Sequence record: OL615011
DNA from: Shigella phage vB_SboS_Gloob
DNA: 64,000 nucleotides
Strand: one strand, 5' to 3'
In this document: piece by piece, positions 18,520 through 28,944 of the stretch
Numbering within the stretch: position 1 is the stretch's first letter
How the letters are laid out: every line of letters starts with the position of its first letter
Program-made: the position numbers and the translations under genes
Notes under the pieces: generated by a model
The model's database searches: none
What the model saw: the letters and a program-made list of their open reading frames with translations, nothing else
Told to the model about the DNA's origin: nothing

Positions 18520-18744
18520 TCAGCGTTTGAGGCTGGCGGCGAGTCCACTAACGTCGGTCACGGTCTGGTCAGCGAGGACGATTACAGGCATCGACATGCG
18601 CTGTTTACCCGTCAACTTCTGAAGTTCTTCCAGCTGGTAGTCTTTGTCCAGCTTGAGGATCTTGTGTTCCAGCCCTTTCATCTTGCACAGATTTTCGGCT
18701 GTTACACACTGAGCGCAACCTTGTTTGGAATAGATCGTAATCAT
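18520..18744 (-). CDS. glutaredoxin/NrdH-like redoxin
   Basis: 74 aa; CxxC active site CAQC; next to nrdB. Confidence 0.7.
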   Translation of the reverse strand: MITIYSKQGCAQCVTAENLCKMKGLEHKILKLDKDYQLEELQKLTGKQRMSMPVIVLADQTVTDVSGLAASLKR

Positions 18745-18753
18745 TTCTCACCT

Positions 18754-19857
18754 TTAAGCGAATTTGAGGCCGTCGGATACTGAACCAGTCAGTACACCCA
18801 TAAGATAATCAGGAGCTTCAGCTTCCTGCAACGCGTACTGCATTGTCTTATTATTTAGCCACTCGTTGATCCATGGCACTGGGCATTCCTTACGTGGTTC
18901 CCCAGGATACGGGTGTCCGATAGCGCCCATGCGGTGGGTGAGCAACCAGTCTACCATATGGTGTAGGATCTTCGCGTTCAGGCCAAGCATGGAGCCGTCC
19001 TGGAACAGATAGTCAGCCCATTGCTTCTCCTGATTGCCCACGTCCAAGAACATCTGGGTCATCTCACCGCGCAGTTCCTCACGGATGATTTCGAAGTCAG
19101 GGTCCATACCAGGCAGGCGGTTCAGCAGAGTCTGGGTCAGGATCAGGTGATCTTGCTCATCACGGGCGATCTGGCGAATGATTTTAGCATTGCCTTCCAT
19201 CTTCTTCTGGAACTGTGTGAACGCCCAAGAGCACGCAAAGGACACGTAGAAGCGGATGCCTTCCAGTGTGTTGGCAGCAAACAGAGCACGCCAGAATGCA
19301 CGTTTGGCATTCATCATGTCTTCACGGGTAAAGGCGCGACCAGCCATACGCATGCCACTGTAACGAACCATATCGTCATAGTGAGTACTAATCTGATGCG
19401 CGCAATCCACGATCTCTGCAACGTCCAACACGTGGTCAAATACGATACCAGGATCGTTCACAGTATTACGCAGGATGTGGGTGTAAGACAGAGAGTGGAT
19501 GGCCTCCTGGCGCGTCCATTCAAGGACAGCGAACTGCATTTCAGGGGTAGATGCCCATGGACCAAACGCTTCAAACGGAGCCGCACCCTGGATAGAATCC
19601 AGCATGGTCTGGCGCTTCAGGTTGCTCTCATAGATGCGCTTTTCAGCAGGTGTGAGGGTTGCATAGTCGGCCTTGTCCTTGGTGATGTCTACTTCTTCCG
19701 GACGCCAGAACTGACTGAGGCCTTTCTCATACCACTTCTGTACGAAAGGCCACGCCACAATATCATAGCGCTGGATGCTCACTGGGTCACCGAAGAACGG
19801 CAGACCAGTGTTGTTCGAGCTTGGGTCGAATACGGAGAATTGTTTCTGTTCGCTCAT
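18754..19857 (-). CDS. nrdB: ribonucleotide reductase small subunit NrdB
   Basis: Class Ia R2 fold; likely start MSEQKQF; no intron. Confidence 0.9.
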   Translation of the reverse strand: MSEQKQFSVFDPSSNNTGLPFFGDPVSIQRYDIVAWPFVQKWYEKGLSQFWRPEEVDITKDKADYATLTPAEKRIYESNLKRQTMLDSIQGAAPFEAFGPWASTPEMQFAVLEWTRQEAIHSLSYTHILRNTVNDPGIVFDHVLDVAEIVDCAHQISTHYDDMVRYSGMRMAGRAFTREDMMNAKRAFWRALFAANTLEGIRFYVSFACSWAFTQFQKKMEGNAKIIRQIARDEQDHLILTQTLLNRLPGMDPDFEIIREELRGEMTQMFLDVGNQEKQWADYLFQDGSMLGLNAKILHHMVDWLLTHRMGAIGHPYPGEPRKECPVPWINEWLNNKTMQYALQEAEAPDYLMGVLTGSVSDGLKFA

Positions 19858-19858
19858 G

Positions 19859-20152
19859 TTATGCCTTGCCTTCGTGGAGTTTGATCTGTTCGGTGGTAAT
19901 GTAATTCTTGATGTTAGCAACAAAATCCCGGCGTTTGTCTTCAGGTAATTTGCTGAGGTCTAGAAGGAAGTGGGTACGGTTCACAGTGTCCATTGGATCC
20001 GTGTAGTTCAACGGGATAGCCGTGACTTCGCCGCCGTTGTGCCAAGCAGTGGCCACTTTCACGTTGCGCAGAACATTCTCCGCTTCCATTTTGCTGTTGT
20101 GTTCGAGCAAGATACCTGGTTGGCCAGGGACCAACAATAACGTCTGGAACAT
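19859..20152 (-). CDS. hypothetical protein
   Basis: Small ORF between nrdA and nrdB. Confidence 0.35.
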   Translation of the reverse strand: MFQTLLLVPGQPGILLEHNSKMEAENVLRNVKVATAWHNGGEVTAIPLNYTDPMDTVNRTHFLLDLSKLPEDKRRDFVANIKNYITTEQIKLHEGKA

Positions 20153-20171
20153 ATAGAACTCCTGATGAATA

Positions 20172-20191
20172 AGGGGTGATATCTCACCCCT
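20172..20191 (-). terminator. hairpin downstream of nrdA
   Basis: AGGGGTGA-TATC-TCACCCCT. Confidence 0.35.
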
Positions 20192-20222
20192 GATGATATA
20201 ACGGTAGCAGGTTTAGACCAAC

Positions 20223-22502
20223 TCACACCACACAGGTGTCACAAACTTCTTCAGCCTGTTTCAGCTCTTCGTCTTCCTTGGCGTCCTTGTTCGTGTTGTA
20301 ATACAGAGTCTTGCCACCCCACATATAGAACGACAGGATATCCTGCATCATCTTAGCACGAGGGATCTTGCCGTCTGGGTACTTCTCTGGGTCATACCAC
20401 GTGTTGGTACTGATGGACTGGTCAACCCAGCGCTGGATGACAGCGGCGGTCTTCAGGTACTCGATGCAGTCCAGGTCCCACTTGAGGTCATACAGCGGTC
20501 CAAGGGTCTCTACATCCGGAACAACCTGCTTGTACGTGCCGTCCTTGCTGCCCTTAATGCTTACCAAGCCCTTCGGTGGCTCAATGCCGTTCGTTGCGTT
20601 GAGGACTTGTGAGGAGCTTTCGGTAGGGGCTACTGCCAGCAGGGTGGCATTGCGGATACCATAGGTCTTCAGGTCATCCTTCAGGTCATCCCAGTCCAGC
20701 CCATATGCCATGCCTTCCGGCTTCTTACCATTTGGCAGGATGTCAAGCGGAAGCGGCTGAAGATCGGCGGTGACCTGTCCCATACCATGGATAGTTCCGC
20801 GTTTACACGCCCCGAACTTCATAGCCAGACGGTTGGATGCCTTGACCAGATAGAAGTGAAGGTGTGCCATCCACGCATCCAGCATCTCGAGGCCAGCTGG
20901 TGAACCGTAGCCCGTGAAGTTCTTGGCCAGGAAGTGAGCCACGTTCACGATACCAACACCCAGAGGACGATAGTCTTCAACAGCCTTGCGAGCCTGAATC
21001 GCTGGATAGTCCTGATATTCAAGCAGCATGTCCAGCGCAGACACCAACACGAACGCCACGTCTTCCATTTCGGTCGGGTCTTCGAATGCTGTCAGGTTGA
21101 AGGAAGCCAAGGTGCACAGAGCCACGCGCCCGTTTTCATCGTTGTACTGCTCGAACTCACGGGTCGGCAGGGCGATTTCAAGACACAGGTTGGAGCTGTA
21201 GATGGTGTCGAGGTTGAATGGGCTGTATTCATTCATGTGATCGACAAATGCGATGTAGATGCGGCCTGTGTCTGAACGCTGGTCTAACAGCATCTGGAAC
21301 ACTTCTTCGGCCTGCAGCTTCTTAGAACGTACCAGGCCTGCATCGGCGGCCTTGATCATGTTCTCATACAGAGTACGGAACTTGTCAACGTCGGCGAAGT
21401 ATGCTTCGTACATTTCACGGTTGTCTTTCGGGTCGAACAGATACAGAGGCTGCTTGGCAACCAGGCGCTCAAACATCACGCGGTTGATCTGAATACCGTA
21501 GTCGATACGGCGTTCGCGGTTTTCTTCAGTGCCACGGTTATTCTTCAGTACAACGACGTCATCGAACTGGTAATGCCACAGAGGGATGTACGCTGTCGCC
21601 GCACCACCACGAATGCCGCCCTGGGAGCAAGACTTGAGCGCCCCAGTGAGATACTTGATGAATGGGATCAGGCCTGTGTGAACCATCTCTCCGCCGCGAA
21701 TAGGACTGCCAATCCCACGGATAGCCCCGACGTCAAAGCCGATACCCGCACGTTTGGACACATAGTCAACGATGGTCTTGGCCGTTGCGTTGATAGAGTC
21801 CAGGGTGTCACCAGTTTTGATCAGGACACAGGAACTGAACTGACGGGTAGGAGTACGAACACCTGCCATAATCGGGGTGGGAAGACTGAACTTGCCTGTG
21901 CTGGCATATTCATAGAACTTCTTCACCATCTCCAGGCGGCTGTCTTTGTCCCAGTTAGAGAACAACGCCATGGCGATTCCCATGTACATGACCTGTGGGG
22001 TTTCGTAGAAGATCTTGCTGTCTTTCTTGGAACGGTCGCGCAGCAGATACTTCTCTGTCAGCTGGCCCATGGCCGCCCACGTGAAGTTCTTATCGCGTTT
22101 GTGGTTAATGACATCGTTCAGCTCGTTGAACTCTTCTGTCGTGTAGAGATCAAGGAACTCACGATCATACACGCGCTGTTTGATGTTCTTGACGAAGATA
22201 TCCAGCAGGTGAGGCGGCTTGTACTGGCCATAGACAGCCTTGCGCAGATCATATGACTTCAGACGAGCAGCCACATACTGGTAATTGGGTTTGTCTACAG
22301 AGATCAGTGAAGCAGCAGCCTGGATGAGGATATCCTGAATGCGATCTGTTCTCATGTTGTCGGTGAACTGAATCTTCGATGCAGCGATCACCTCTGACAT
22401 TGATACACCAGTCAGGCCGTCACATGCGCGGTCTACGACTGCGTGTAGTTTCTCAATATCAAAGGGGACAGAAGATCCGTCCCGCTTAATGACGTTAATC
22501 AT
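20223..22502 (-). CDS. nrdA: ribonucleotide reductase large subunit NrdA
   Basis: 759 aa; N-terminal ATP-cone, class I RNR catalytic core. Confidence 0.95.
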   Translation of the reverse strand: MINVIKRDGSSVPFDIEKLHAVVDRACDGLTGVSMSEVIAASKIQFTDNMRTDRIQDILIQAAASLISVDKPNYQYVAARLKSYDLRKAVYGQYKPPHLLDIFVKNIKQRVYDREFLDLYTTEEFNELNDVINHKRDKNFTWAAMGQLTEKYLLRDRSKKDSKIFYETPQVMYMGIAMALFSNWDKDSRLEMVKKFYEYASTGKFSLPTPIMAGVRTPTRQFSSCVLIKTGDTLDSINATAKTIVDYVSKRAGIGFDVGAIRGIGSPIRGGEMVHTGLIPFIKYLTGALKSCSQGGIRGGAATAYIPLWHYQFDDVVVLKNNRGTEENRERRIDYGIQINRVMFERLVAKQPLYLFDPKDNREMYEAYFADVDKFRTLYENMIKAADAGLVRSKKLQAEEVFQMLLDQRSDTGRIYIAFVDHMNEYSPFNLDTIYSSNLCLEIALPTREFEQYNDENGRVALCTLASFNLTAFEDPTEMEDVAFVLVSALDMLLEYQDYPAIQARKAVEDYRPLGVGIVNVAHFLAKNFTGYGSPAGLEMLDAWMAHLHFYLVKASNRLAMKFGACKRGTIHGMGQVTADLQPLPLDILPNGKKPEGMAYGLDWDDLKDDLKTYGIRNATLLAVAPTESSSQVLNATNGIEPPKGLVSIKGSKDGTYKQVVPDVETLGPLYDLKWDLDCIEYLKTAAVIQRWVDQSISTNTWYDPEKYPDGKIPRAKMMQDILSFYMWGGKTLYYNTNKDAKEDEELKQAEEVCDTCVV

Positions 22503-22587
22503 AGCGATCCTCGGTTTGTGTTATAAGCAGGTTTTATTATACGCCGCCCTCGTAGATTGAAGGCGGCGGGGAGTGTTGGTGAGTTAC

Positions 22588-23463
22588 TTAAATGTCGTAC
22601 AGATCGTTGACTTCCAGCATCAGGCGGGTGAAGTCGCCACGCCCGTTGCGGTCGGATTTATCGAACTCAATGATGCTGAACGGTTGAACCCAATCAGGGT
22701 ATTCATCACCGACGCCAACACCATCGATCTTCAGGGTTCCGGCCTCCAGCTTGGCGTTGAAATCGCGGAAGGATTGAACGTACTTTTCCAGGGCGCTATC
22801 ACGCAGGCGCTTGTTGGACTGTTTGATGTCACCGTTGACAAAGATGTAGGTTGAATCAGATGCGCGGGTCAGCAGGTTCTTCAGCTGCTCCATATCGCAT
22901 TCCTGCGCTTCTTCGATGATCAGGAAGGTGTCGTCAAAGGTCATACCCTTGATGGTCTCCAGATCCTGTATCTCGATGATCCGCTTCTCCCACAGATAGT
23001 TGAAGAAACCGTCGCTCCCTGTGTCGGTCTTCAGCACCTTCTTCAACGTCTGAATCAGGGGCATCAGGTATGGCATGAGCTTTTCGTACGTGTCGCCAGG
23101 ACGGAAGCCTGCTGTCTGGCCTGTTGGCAGCGGAGAGCGCGTGATGACAATCTTGCTGACAACTTTATCGATCAGGAGCTTGGCGGCGGCTGAGGCACCG
23201 CAGTACGATTTACCTGTACCAGCAGGACCGATTGCGATGGTGAGGTTTTCTTCAAGAGCAGATTGATATGCGAGGTTCTGATTCTCTGAGAGGCCATTGA
23301 ACGGAGCGATTCTGAAGTCACCTTTGGAGAACTTCATCCAGTCATCTTCTTTCTGAACAGTCTCCTTCTTACGTGCTGACTTGGTCTTGCCCGCTGGCTT
23401 CATACTTACAACTTTGGTGGCAGATTGCATGGGAACCTTCCTATATCTCAGGGGTGTCATCAC
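22588..23463 (-). CDS. phoH: PhoH-like ATPase
   Basis: Walker A GPAGTGKS, Walker B FLIIEEAQ. Confidence 0.85.
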   Translation of the reverse strand: MMTPLRYRKVPMQSATKVVSMKPAGKTKSARKKETVQKEDDWMKFSKGDFRIAPFNGLSENQNLAYQSALEENLTIAIGPAGTGKSYCGASAAAKLLIDKVVSKIVITRSPLPTGQTAGFRPGDTYEKLMPYLMPLIQTLKKVLKTDTGSDGFFNYLWEKRIIEIQDLETIKGMTFDDTFLIIEEAQECDMEQLKNLLTRASDSTYIFVNGDIKQSNKRLRDSALEKYVQSFRDFNAKLEAGTLKIDGVGVGDEYPDWVQPFSIIEFDKSDRNGRGDFTRLMLEVNDLYDI

Positions 23464-23500
23464 CTTTAATTAAGGCGACACACCCAGCATACCCGAGGGG

Positions 23501-23531
23501 TGGATAAAGAAAAAGGCCGTTTCCGGCCTTT
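23501..23531 (-). terminator. rho-independent terminator after endolysin gene
   Basis: AAAGGCCG-GAAA-CGGCCTTT followed by TTTCTTTAT on minus strand. Confidence 0.65.
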
Positions 23532-23534
23532 GAG

Positions 23535-24347
23535 TTAACTGAAACTCTTGTATGCAGCAGCGAGCTTCGTGTCGTACTGGTTCTTGGCATACGCCGGACC
23601 ATTATAGCGCCGCGCAAACTCAGCCCAGTTCTTGTCCTTCAGAGCCTGCCAGAGCTTGGCGTCGGCCTTGATGAACTTCACGAATGCCATCAGATGGGCG
23701 CGTTCGCCTGTCAAGAAGTCATTGAACATCTCCTTGGCGTTGGCGTACCCACAGACCTGGCAGTTGAAGCCCATGATCTGGAAGAGGCCGTATGAAGCGC
23801 TCTCGTACGCACAATCCTCATCGATGTTGATGGCCGCATGAAGTCTATCCAACTCTGCATCGCCGCCCGTGTACCCGCCTGCCACTGGACTGACAAGGGT
23901 TGGATACATCTGACCAGCAGCATTCGCCCGAGCCTGCCCGAACTTCGCCATCATCTTCTTGTACATGATGTGACGCTCAAACAACGTCTTGATCTTACCA
24001 GACTTGGTGAAGCCAGTGCCACGGGATTCAACCTGATTGACTGCCTTCACAGAGGCGAGGTCAACCCCCAGCTGGTTGGCTGCATCGATAAGGTCAGCCT
24101 CAGTCAGGTGATCCTGATGGGCGTCTCCGGCGTTGCGAATAGCATAGGAGGTCTTTGGACCCACAATACCATCAATGACAAGCCCCGCACCCGCCTGAAC
24201 GGATTTGACAGCGTTCTCTGTTGCCTTACCAAAGATGCCGTCAGCGACGAGGGTGAAGCCGATTTTGTTGAGGCTCTGCTGAAGTGCCTTCACTTCAGTG
24301 CCACGGTTGCCAAGTTTTAGAATGGCCATAAGAAAATACCTCCGCAA
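23535..24347 (-). CDS. endolysin: N-terminal peptidoglycan-binding domain plus N-acetylmuramidase-like catalytic domain
   Basis: PG-binding-like N-terminus; C-terminal LFQIMGFN motif of muramidase family; start possibly MAILKLGN. Confidence 0.7.
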   Translation of the reverse strand: MRRYFLMAILKLGNRGTEVKALQQSLNKIGFTLVADGIFGKATENAVKSVQAGAGLVIDGIVGPKTSYAIRNAGDAHQDHLTEADLIDAANQLGVDLASVKAVNQVESRGTGFTKSGKIKTLFERHIMYKKMMAKFGQARANAAGQMYPTLVSPVAGGYTGGDAELDRLHAAINIDEDCAYESASYGLFQIMGFNCQVCGYANAKEMFNDFLTGERAHLMAFVKFIKADAKLWQALKDKNWAEFARRYNGPAYAKNQYDTKLAAAYKSFS

Positions 24348-24397
24348 TGAATGCGAAGGTATTTAAAGTGAAAGTGAACTACTTGAGGGAGTGTGTA

Positions 24398-24733
24398 CTA
24401 CATTTCTTTGAGCAGCGTTGCCATAAATTCCACCTTCTTGCGCAAACTGATGTACGCTTCCGGAGCCGATTTGCCACGCCCTTCTAATGAATCCCACCCG
24501 ATGATTTTCGCCGACCAAAGTTTCTCATACTGATGGTAGGTCATCAAAAACGACTTACGACACATTTTGATGTCTGCGCCTTCTATGTTTCTGAGTATTT
24601 CCCAGTCCACCTGGCCCAAAGAAATTTTGAGTTCATACAGAGCCAATCTTGACAATTCCAAGTTATTCTTTGGAGTGCCTTCTGGTTTACCTGGCTCTGT
24701 TATGGCCAAAGCCTCTTGTTTTGTTAGTTTCAT
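24398..24733 (-). CDS. hypothetical protein
   Basis: 111 aa ORF. Confidence 0.4.
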   Translation of the reverse strand: MKLTKQEALAITEPGKPEGTPKNNLELSRLALYELKISLGQVDWEILRNIEGADIKMCRKSFLMTYHQYEKLWSAKIIGWDSLEGRGKSAPEAYISLRKKVEFMATLLKEM

Positions 24734-24918
24734 CTTGCTACCACCACTGGCATAACTTCTCTGAAGGACGTACGAACTTCGACGTCGTACCCGTATTTTT
24801 CAAGGACTGCCAGCATCGCCTGCTCGAGTTCCTCTTGGAACTGAGGGAAGACTTTGTTCGGAATGCGGTCGGCAACCCAGAGAGCGCCTGAAGAGGCTTG
24901 GATGACAGCGCGGGACAT
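24730..24918 (-). CDS. hypothetical protein
   Basis: 62 aa ORF overlapping downstream gene start. Confidence 0.35.
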   Translation of the reverse strand: MSRAVIQASSGALWVADRIPNKVFPQFQEELEQAMLAVLEKYGYDVEVRTSFREVMPVVVAR

Positions 24919-24930
24919 AATGGTCTCCTA

Positions 24931-24965
24931 CCAAAAATCTGAATAAGGAGGGGAGTTTCCTCCCC
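24931..24965 (-). terminator. rho-independent terminator
   Basis: GGGGAG-GAAA-CTCCCC followed by TCCTTATTCAGATTTTTGG on minus strand. Confidence 0.55.
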
Positions 24966-24972
24966 CTTTCGA

Positions 24973-25462
24973 TTAAGCCAGTTTACCCACCAGGGTCTGA
25001 ACGTCTTTGGCGGTCAGTTTACCCATTTTGACGTACTGAGCTTTTGCTTCACCACCAGCCGCTTTCACGATGTCTTCGTTTGCGTAGCCTTTCTTAGGGA
25101 AGACCATCACAGAGAAGGAACCGTTGTTCAGCGGGTTCAGCTGGATGCGACCTTTACCAACTACGATGGTGCCGTAAGTTTCGGTATTCGCTTCGACGAC
25201 GTGGATGTCGTGACCCAGGTCTTTCAGCATGCCAACTTTGTCGGCAGTCTTAGCAACCACAGCTTTGTCAACCACAACCTGCTCTACCAGGGTGAAGCCG
25301 TTGGTCGCTTTTACTTTGCCGTTCAGCAGGTTCATGAAGGAAGTTTTACCACCAGTGAAGCCAGCTGCCTGAGCGATGCGGAACATTTCAACTTTAGCAA
25401 CTTCGGTGTTCAGTTCGAAAGAGATGGTGCCGTTGGTGATCAGAGTTTTGGTAGTAGCCATG
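24973..25462 (-). CDS. hypothetical Lys/Gly/Val-rich protein, monocistronic between terminators
   Basis: Start MATTKTLITNG; flanked by terminators on both sides. Confidence 0.5.
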
Positions 25463-25596
25463 ATGTAATTCCTCATAATGTAGTTGGTTCGTTTCACTTT
25501 TCATTCGGCGGTGTGTTGCCGCCCTATGTGAACTATAATAGTGCATCATTATTGAAGAGTAAAGTCTTTTTCAATAAATTTTTAAAATAATTTTGA

Positions 25597-25628
25597 AGTA
25601 TTTTAAAAGGCCTCATTCGACGAGGCCT
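25597..25628 (-). terminator. rho-independent terminator
   Basis: AGGCCTC-GTCGAAT-GAGGCCT followed by TTTAAAAT on minus strand. Confidence 0.55.
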
Positions 25629-25656
25629 GGAGGGAGGTGATGTGAAGTAAAAAGTT

Positions 25657-25863
25657 TTAGCTCGGGCGAACTCTTACAAACTCGCGAGCCAATTCGGCCT
25701 GCTCAGCACTGATGGGAACCCCATGGAAGTCCACCTGGCCATTCTTCCAGCCGTGGATGAAACTCGGGGACTCTTCCCCAGATAGGACATACCCCTCACG
25801 AGATTTCAAGTATCCCCGCACGATCTCCCCGTCGTCCAGTTTGTTCAGTTCTTCTAACGTCAT
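25657..25863 (-). CDS. hypothetical small protein
   Basis: 68 aa ORF downstream of primase. Confidence 0.4.
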   Translation of the reverse strand: MTLEELNKLDDGEIVRGYLKSREGYVLSGEESPSFIHGWKNGQVDFHGVPISAEQAELAREFVRVRPS

Positions 25864-26918
25864 TTCACTTTCCTCAGTTCAGCGAATTGCAATGAAGCAG
25901 CCATACCCTGGTAGACGTTCTTGGCGATCAGCTTCAGGAGGTCTTGTATCGGCATGTTGCCCTTTGACGGCATGACCATGTCGTTGATATCCTTCCACGG
26001 AACGTCCGGTGGGAACAGCACGACCTTGACACCTTTATCTATCATCTTCTGAATACCGTCACACACCTGCGGGTTCCGGTACTGATTATCAGGGATATAG
26101 ATGTCGCCCTTCACGCTCAACAAGTCGGCATCTGCTGACGCCATACAATTCGGCAGGAAGAGGCTATCAATCGGACCTTCCACCACCAGCTTGGTCTTGT
26201 GAATGTTCACCCGGTCTTCCCCATAGACTTTGGTGTCCTCGTCCTTGGGCTTGACTGTCGCGTATCGCAGGGTCGCGTTCTTGTCGAATGCACGCCCCTG
26301 AACGACCTTCATCCGCCCGTCTTGCGTCCAGAATGGAATCACCAGCCGTTCGTCATCAGGGATCTTCAGTTGCTTTTCGGGGTCTGTTTCAAACAGCTTC
26401 AGGTCTTCACGAAAGCGCTGTGTGTAGTACAGTAAGGACCAAGTGCTCTCCGGCAGCCCTCGCCACTGTACGTACTGTCGAGCCTTATGGTCAGGCGGTA
26501 GTAGATCAAGCCGGAGCATATTGCCGAGGAGGCTCTCGTCGCGTTTTGCCGCCACTGAGCCAATACGGGCGGTCTGTGTCAGCTTTGGCAACGGCTTCAG
26601 GGAAGGAAGTGGTCTGCCCGACGTATCACCCAGCAGGCGGAACTTCTCCATGTTGTACTCTGTTGAGAGGCGCTCATCGAACTTCTTCAGCCAGAACTCA
26701 AATGACCAGCCATTCATCTGGTTGCAGTTGTGGCACTTGAACCGGAAGCAGTCATGATCCCGATCATAGAAGAAGTATCCACGGCGCTTGTTAGCAGACT
26801 TCGTGGAGTCACCACACAGGGGACAACGGAAGTTTGCGACAGTACCAACGCGCTCCCACTTGAACTTGTCAAGGCGGGGCGACACGTTGTTGATAAATTG
26901 CTCGTCAAGAAATTTCAT
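25860..26918 (-). CDS. 61: DNA primase gp61 (zinc-binding domain plus TOPRIM)
   Basis: 352 aa; CPLCGD...CHNC zinc ribbon; TOPRIM VVEGPIDSLFLPN. Confidence 0.85.
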   Translation of the reverse strand: MKFLDEQFINNVSPRLDKFKWERVGTVANFRCPLCGDSTKSANKRRGYFFYDRDHDCFRFKCHNCNQMNGWSFEFWLKKFDERLSTEYNMEKFRLLGDTSGRPLPSLKPLPKLTQTARIGSVAAKRDESLLGNMLRLDLLPPDHKARQYVQWRGLPESTWSLLYYTQRFREDLKLFETDPEKQLKIPDDERLVIPFWTQDGRMKVVQGRAFDKNATLRYATVKPKDEDTKVYGEDRVNIHKTKLVVEGPIDSLFLPNCMASADADLLSVKGDIYIPDNQYRNPQVCDGIQKMIDKGVKVVLFPPDVPWKDINDMVMPSKGNMPIQDLLKLIAKNVYQGMAASLQFAELRKVK

Positions 26919-27189
26919 TTATCCACCCGGTACGGAAAAGGATAGATTTATACTCTTCCACCATGTCCTGGTCGTAATCAGTTTGACGGGAATACGATTG
27001 GGCTTCAGCACAATCAGCGCCAAGTTCCACAGAAGCCATAGCGGCTTTCATGTTCAATTTATTTTTGTACTCAGAAACCATCCCATGTCTTTCCAAATAT
27101 TCACTTGCCTGGATAAATCGTTTTTCTCTGGCGAACATTAGACCATAGTTGATTTCTGAAAACTCTCTGTTGTATGCTTCTAATGACAT
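26905..27189 (-). CDS. hypothetical protein
   Basis: 94 aa ORF. Confidence 0.4.
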   Translation of the reverse strand: MSLEAYNREFSEINYGLMFAREKRFIQASEYLERHGMVSEYKNKLNMKAAMASVELGADCAEAQSYSRQTDYDQDMVEEYKSILFRTGWINEIS

Positions 27190-27198
27190 AATGACCTC

Positions 27199-27810
27199 TT
27201 AAATCGCTGGCCTCTGGAACACTTCGGTCACAGTATAGTCTACACCACGACTTTGAGCTATACACAGTTGGCGCCAAGCCCCATACAGGATATTCTGTTC
27301 CCCAGCCGTGTTGCGCTCAAAGTGGGCGAAGCCGTCCAGGAGATCCATGTAGCTGCGCATATGCCGGGTAACGGTTCTTCCTCTCTTGATCTGTTCATCA
27401 AGATACTTCTGATAATGCTCTGGTGATGACAATGAAGAGTACTGCATGTCTGGCACATGAACTGGCATCAGGGACTTGCGGGGTGTGAAGTAGAACAACC
27501 CCCACTTTGGTGGCAGGTCTTCAACCCTGATCACATCCTGAGGGCAGACATAAAAGCGGTATGCACCCATCCCTGTTGTGGGGTCCATCCGATGGGGCTT
27601 CTTCTTGTCGGTGAGGAAGTCGGCGCGGGACACCTTCACTTCCATCAGGACAGAGCACCCACCTGAACGAAACCCGATGGCATCAGGTGATTCTTTGTTG
27701 TCAAACGAATTTGGCTCGATGAAGACAGCGCCGCAGTTCATGCGACCGCGCAGGTAGTTGGCCGCGATCTCACATCCTTCACGATGTGTCGGGGTAAAGA
27801 TTTTGCTCAT
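27199..27810 (-). CDS. PD-(D/E)xK nuclease-fold protein (MmcB-like)
   Basis: Start MSKIFTP; motif PDAIGF...VLMEVKVSRADF consistent with D...E.K catalytic triad. Confidence 0.45.
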   Translation of the reverse strand: MSKIFTPTHREGCEIAANYLRGRMNCGAVFIEPNSFDNKESPDAIGFRSGGCSVLMEVKVSRADFLTDKKKPHRMDPTTGMGAYRFYVCPQDVIRVEDLPPKWGLFYFTPRKSLMPVHVPDMQYSSLSSPEHYQKYLDEQIKRGRTVTRHMRSYMDLLDGFAHFERNTAGEQNILYGAWRQLCIAQSRGVDYTVTEVFQRPAI

Positions 27811-27867
27811 TGTCCTTTCCTTTCGGTGAATAATGAGCAAAATTATATGCCTTTATTTCGTATTGAC

Positions 27868-28221
27868 TTACGACAGCTGCTTCAGTTTGTAGATCGTCTG
27901 ATAGCACAGCGTCTTGATTTCATCAAGCGTGTTCTGAAGGTGGGAGTCGCACTGCCTGTAGATGCCATCGACGTCTATCACCACGCTGTTGACATAGGAG
28001 ATAGGGTCTGGGTTATAGAGCTTGATGTTCTCAAACGACGGAACGTACTGGCCACCCGCACCGATGTATGCTTCGGTAAACGTGTCCAGCAAGTCCTCCA
28101 GTTCCCCGTAGAACTCCCCGAGAGCTTTGTGCTTGGCGTAGGACGTTGTAACGAAGTGCAGGGCATGAGAGTGGGCTATAGCAAGCAGTCCACGGTTGAT
28201 GAAAATACTCGCGTTAACCAT
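27868..28221 (-). CDS. hypothetical protein
   Basis: 117 aa ORF. Confidence 0.4.
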   Translation of the reverse strand: MVNASIFINRGLLAIAHSHALHFVTTSYAKHKALGEFYGELEDLLDTFTEAYIGAGGQYVPSFENIKLYNPDPISYVNSVVIDVDGIYRQCDSHLQNTLDEIKTLCYQTIYKLKQLS

Positions 28222-28310
28222 GATTTGTTTCCTGTATTGTGAACCATCTAGTATTTAGTGTTAATGGGTCCATGAGGTACTATATAGAATAATATAACTG
28301 GAGAACGAAA

Positions 28311-28916
28311 ATGAAAACTTTTCAAGACTTTTTGACCGAAGCCGCGCCGCCGATGTCTGTTCATATCAAGGCAGACAAGATCGGCAAGTCCACCGAAGAC
28401 AATATCGGTACTTTCTTGCGAGTTAGTGTTAGTGGCGACAAAGCTACTTTTGAAACCCCAGACGGGCGCAAGATAATCCTGACCAATGCCAAAGACATCA
28501 TTTCCGCATCTGGCCTGAAAGATGGCCAGTTTGCCAGTGCCCAGATGATTGACAAGGTTGATACTGACACCGCTGTCAAGTACAACAAATCAGGCAAATA
28601 TATTGACTTGTTGGATGTCAAATCAGGTATGGGCAATTCCTTTATCTCCATTGACGGTAACAAGCAATGGAAAGAAATGACCGAAGGTGGTTGGTATGCG
28701 TATAAAGGCGGTCGCCCCGGCTTGGCTCGTTATAAGATCGCCATGGTTATGGGACCTCATGCGGGTATGCCATCTCCTGGGGAAGATATTGAATACGAGT
28801 TACCGAATGGCGGCAAAGAACGCGGAACCGTCATGAAACTGAATGGTGCATCCAAGCTGATGGACGTCAAAAACGAAAAAGGTAAGAAAGTACAAGTCAG
28901 TATGTATGTGAAATAA
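28311..28916 (+). CDS. internal head protein with capsid targeting sequence (IP-like)
   Basis: N-terminus MKTFQDFLTEA closely matches T4 IP capsid targeting sequence MKTYQEFIAE (prohead-protease site after Glu). Confidence 0.65.
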   Translation: MKTFQDFLTEAAPPMSVHIKADKIGKSTEDNIGTFLRVSVSGDKATFETPDGRKIILTNAKDIISASGLKDGQFASAQMIDKVDTDTAVKYNKSGKYIDLLDVKSGMGNSFISIDGNKQWKEMTEGGWYAYKGGRPGLARYKIAMVMGPHAGMPSPGEDIEYELPNGGKERGTVMKLNGASKLMDVKNEKGKKVQVSMYVK

Positions 28917-28920
28917 CAAA

Positions 28921-28940
28921 AACCCCGCCGAAGCGGGGTT
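28921..28940. terminator. bidirectional terminator between convergent IP genes
   Basis: AACCCCGC-CGAA-GCGGGGTT flanked by A-run and T-run. Confidence 0.65.
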
Positions 28941-28944
28941 TCTT

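Noticed and set aside
19021-19884. 287-aa plus-strand ORF
   Set aside because: Antisense to nrdB, whose identity is secure
28222-28310. Late promoter upstream of plus-strand IP gene (TATATAGAATA)
   Set aside because: Two mismatches to TATAAATA; cannot be distinguished from chance AT-rich sequence
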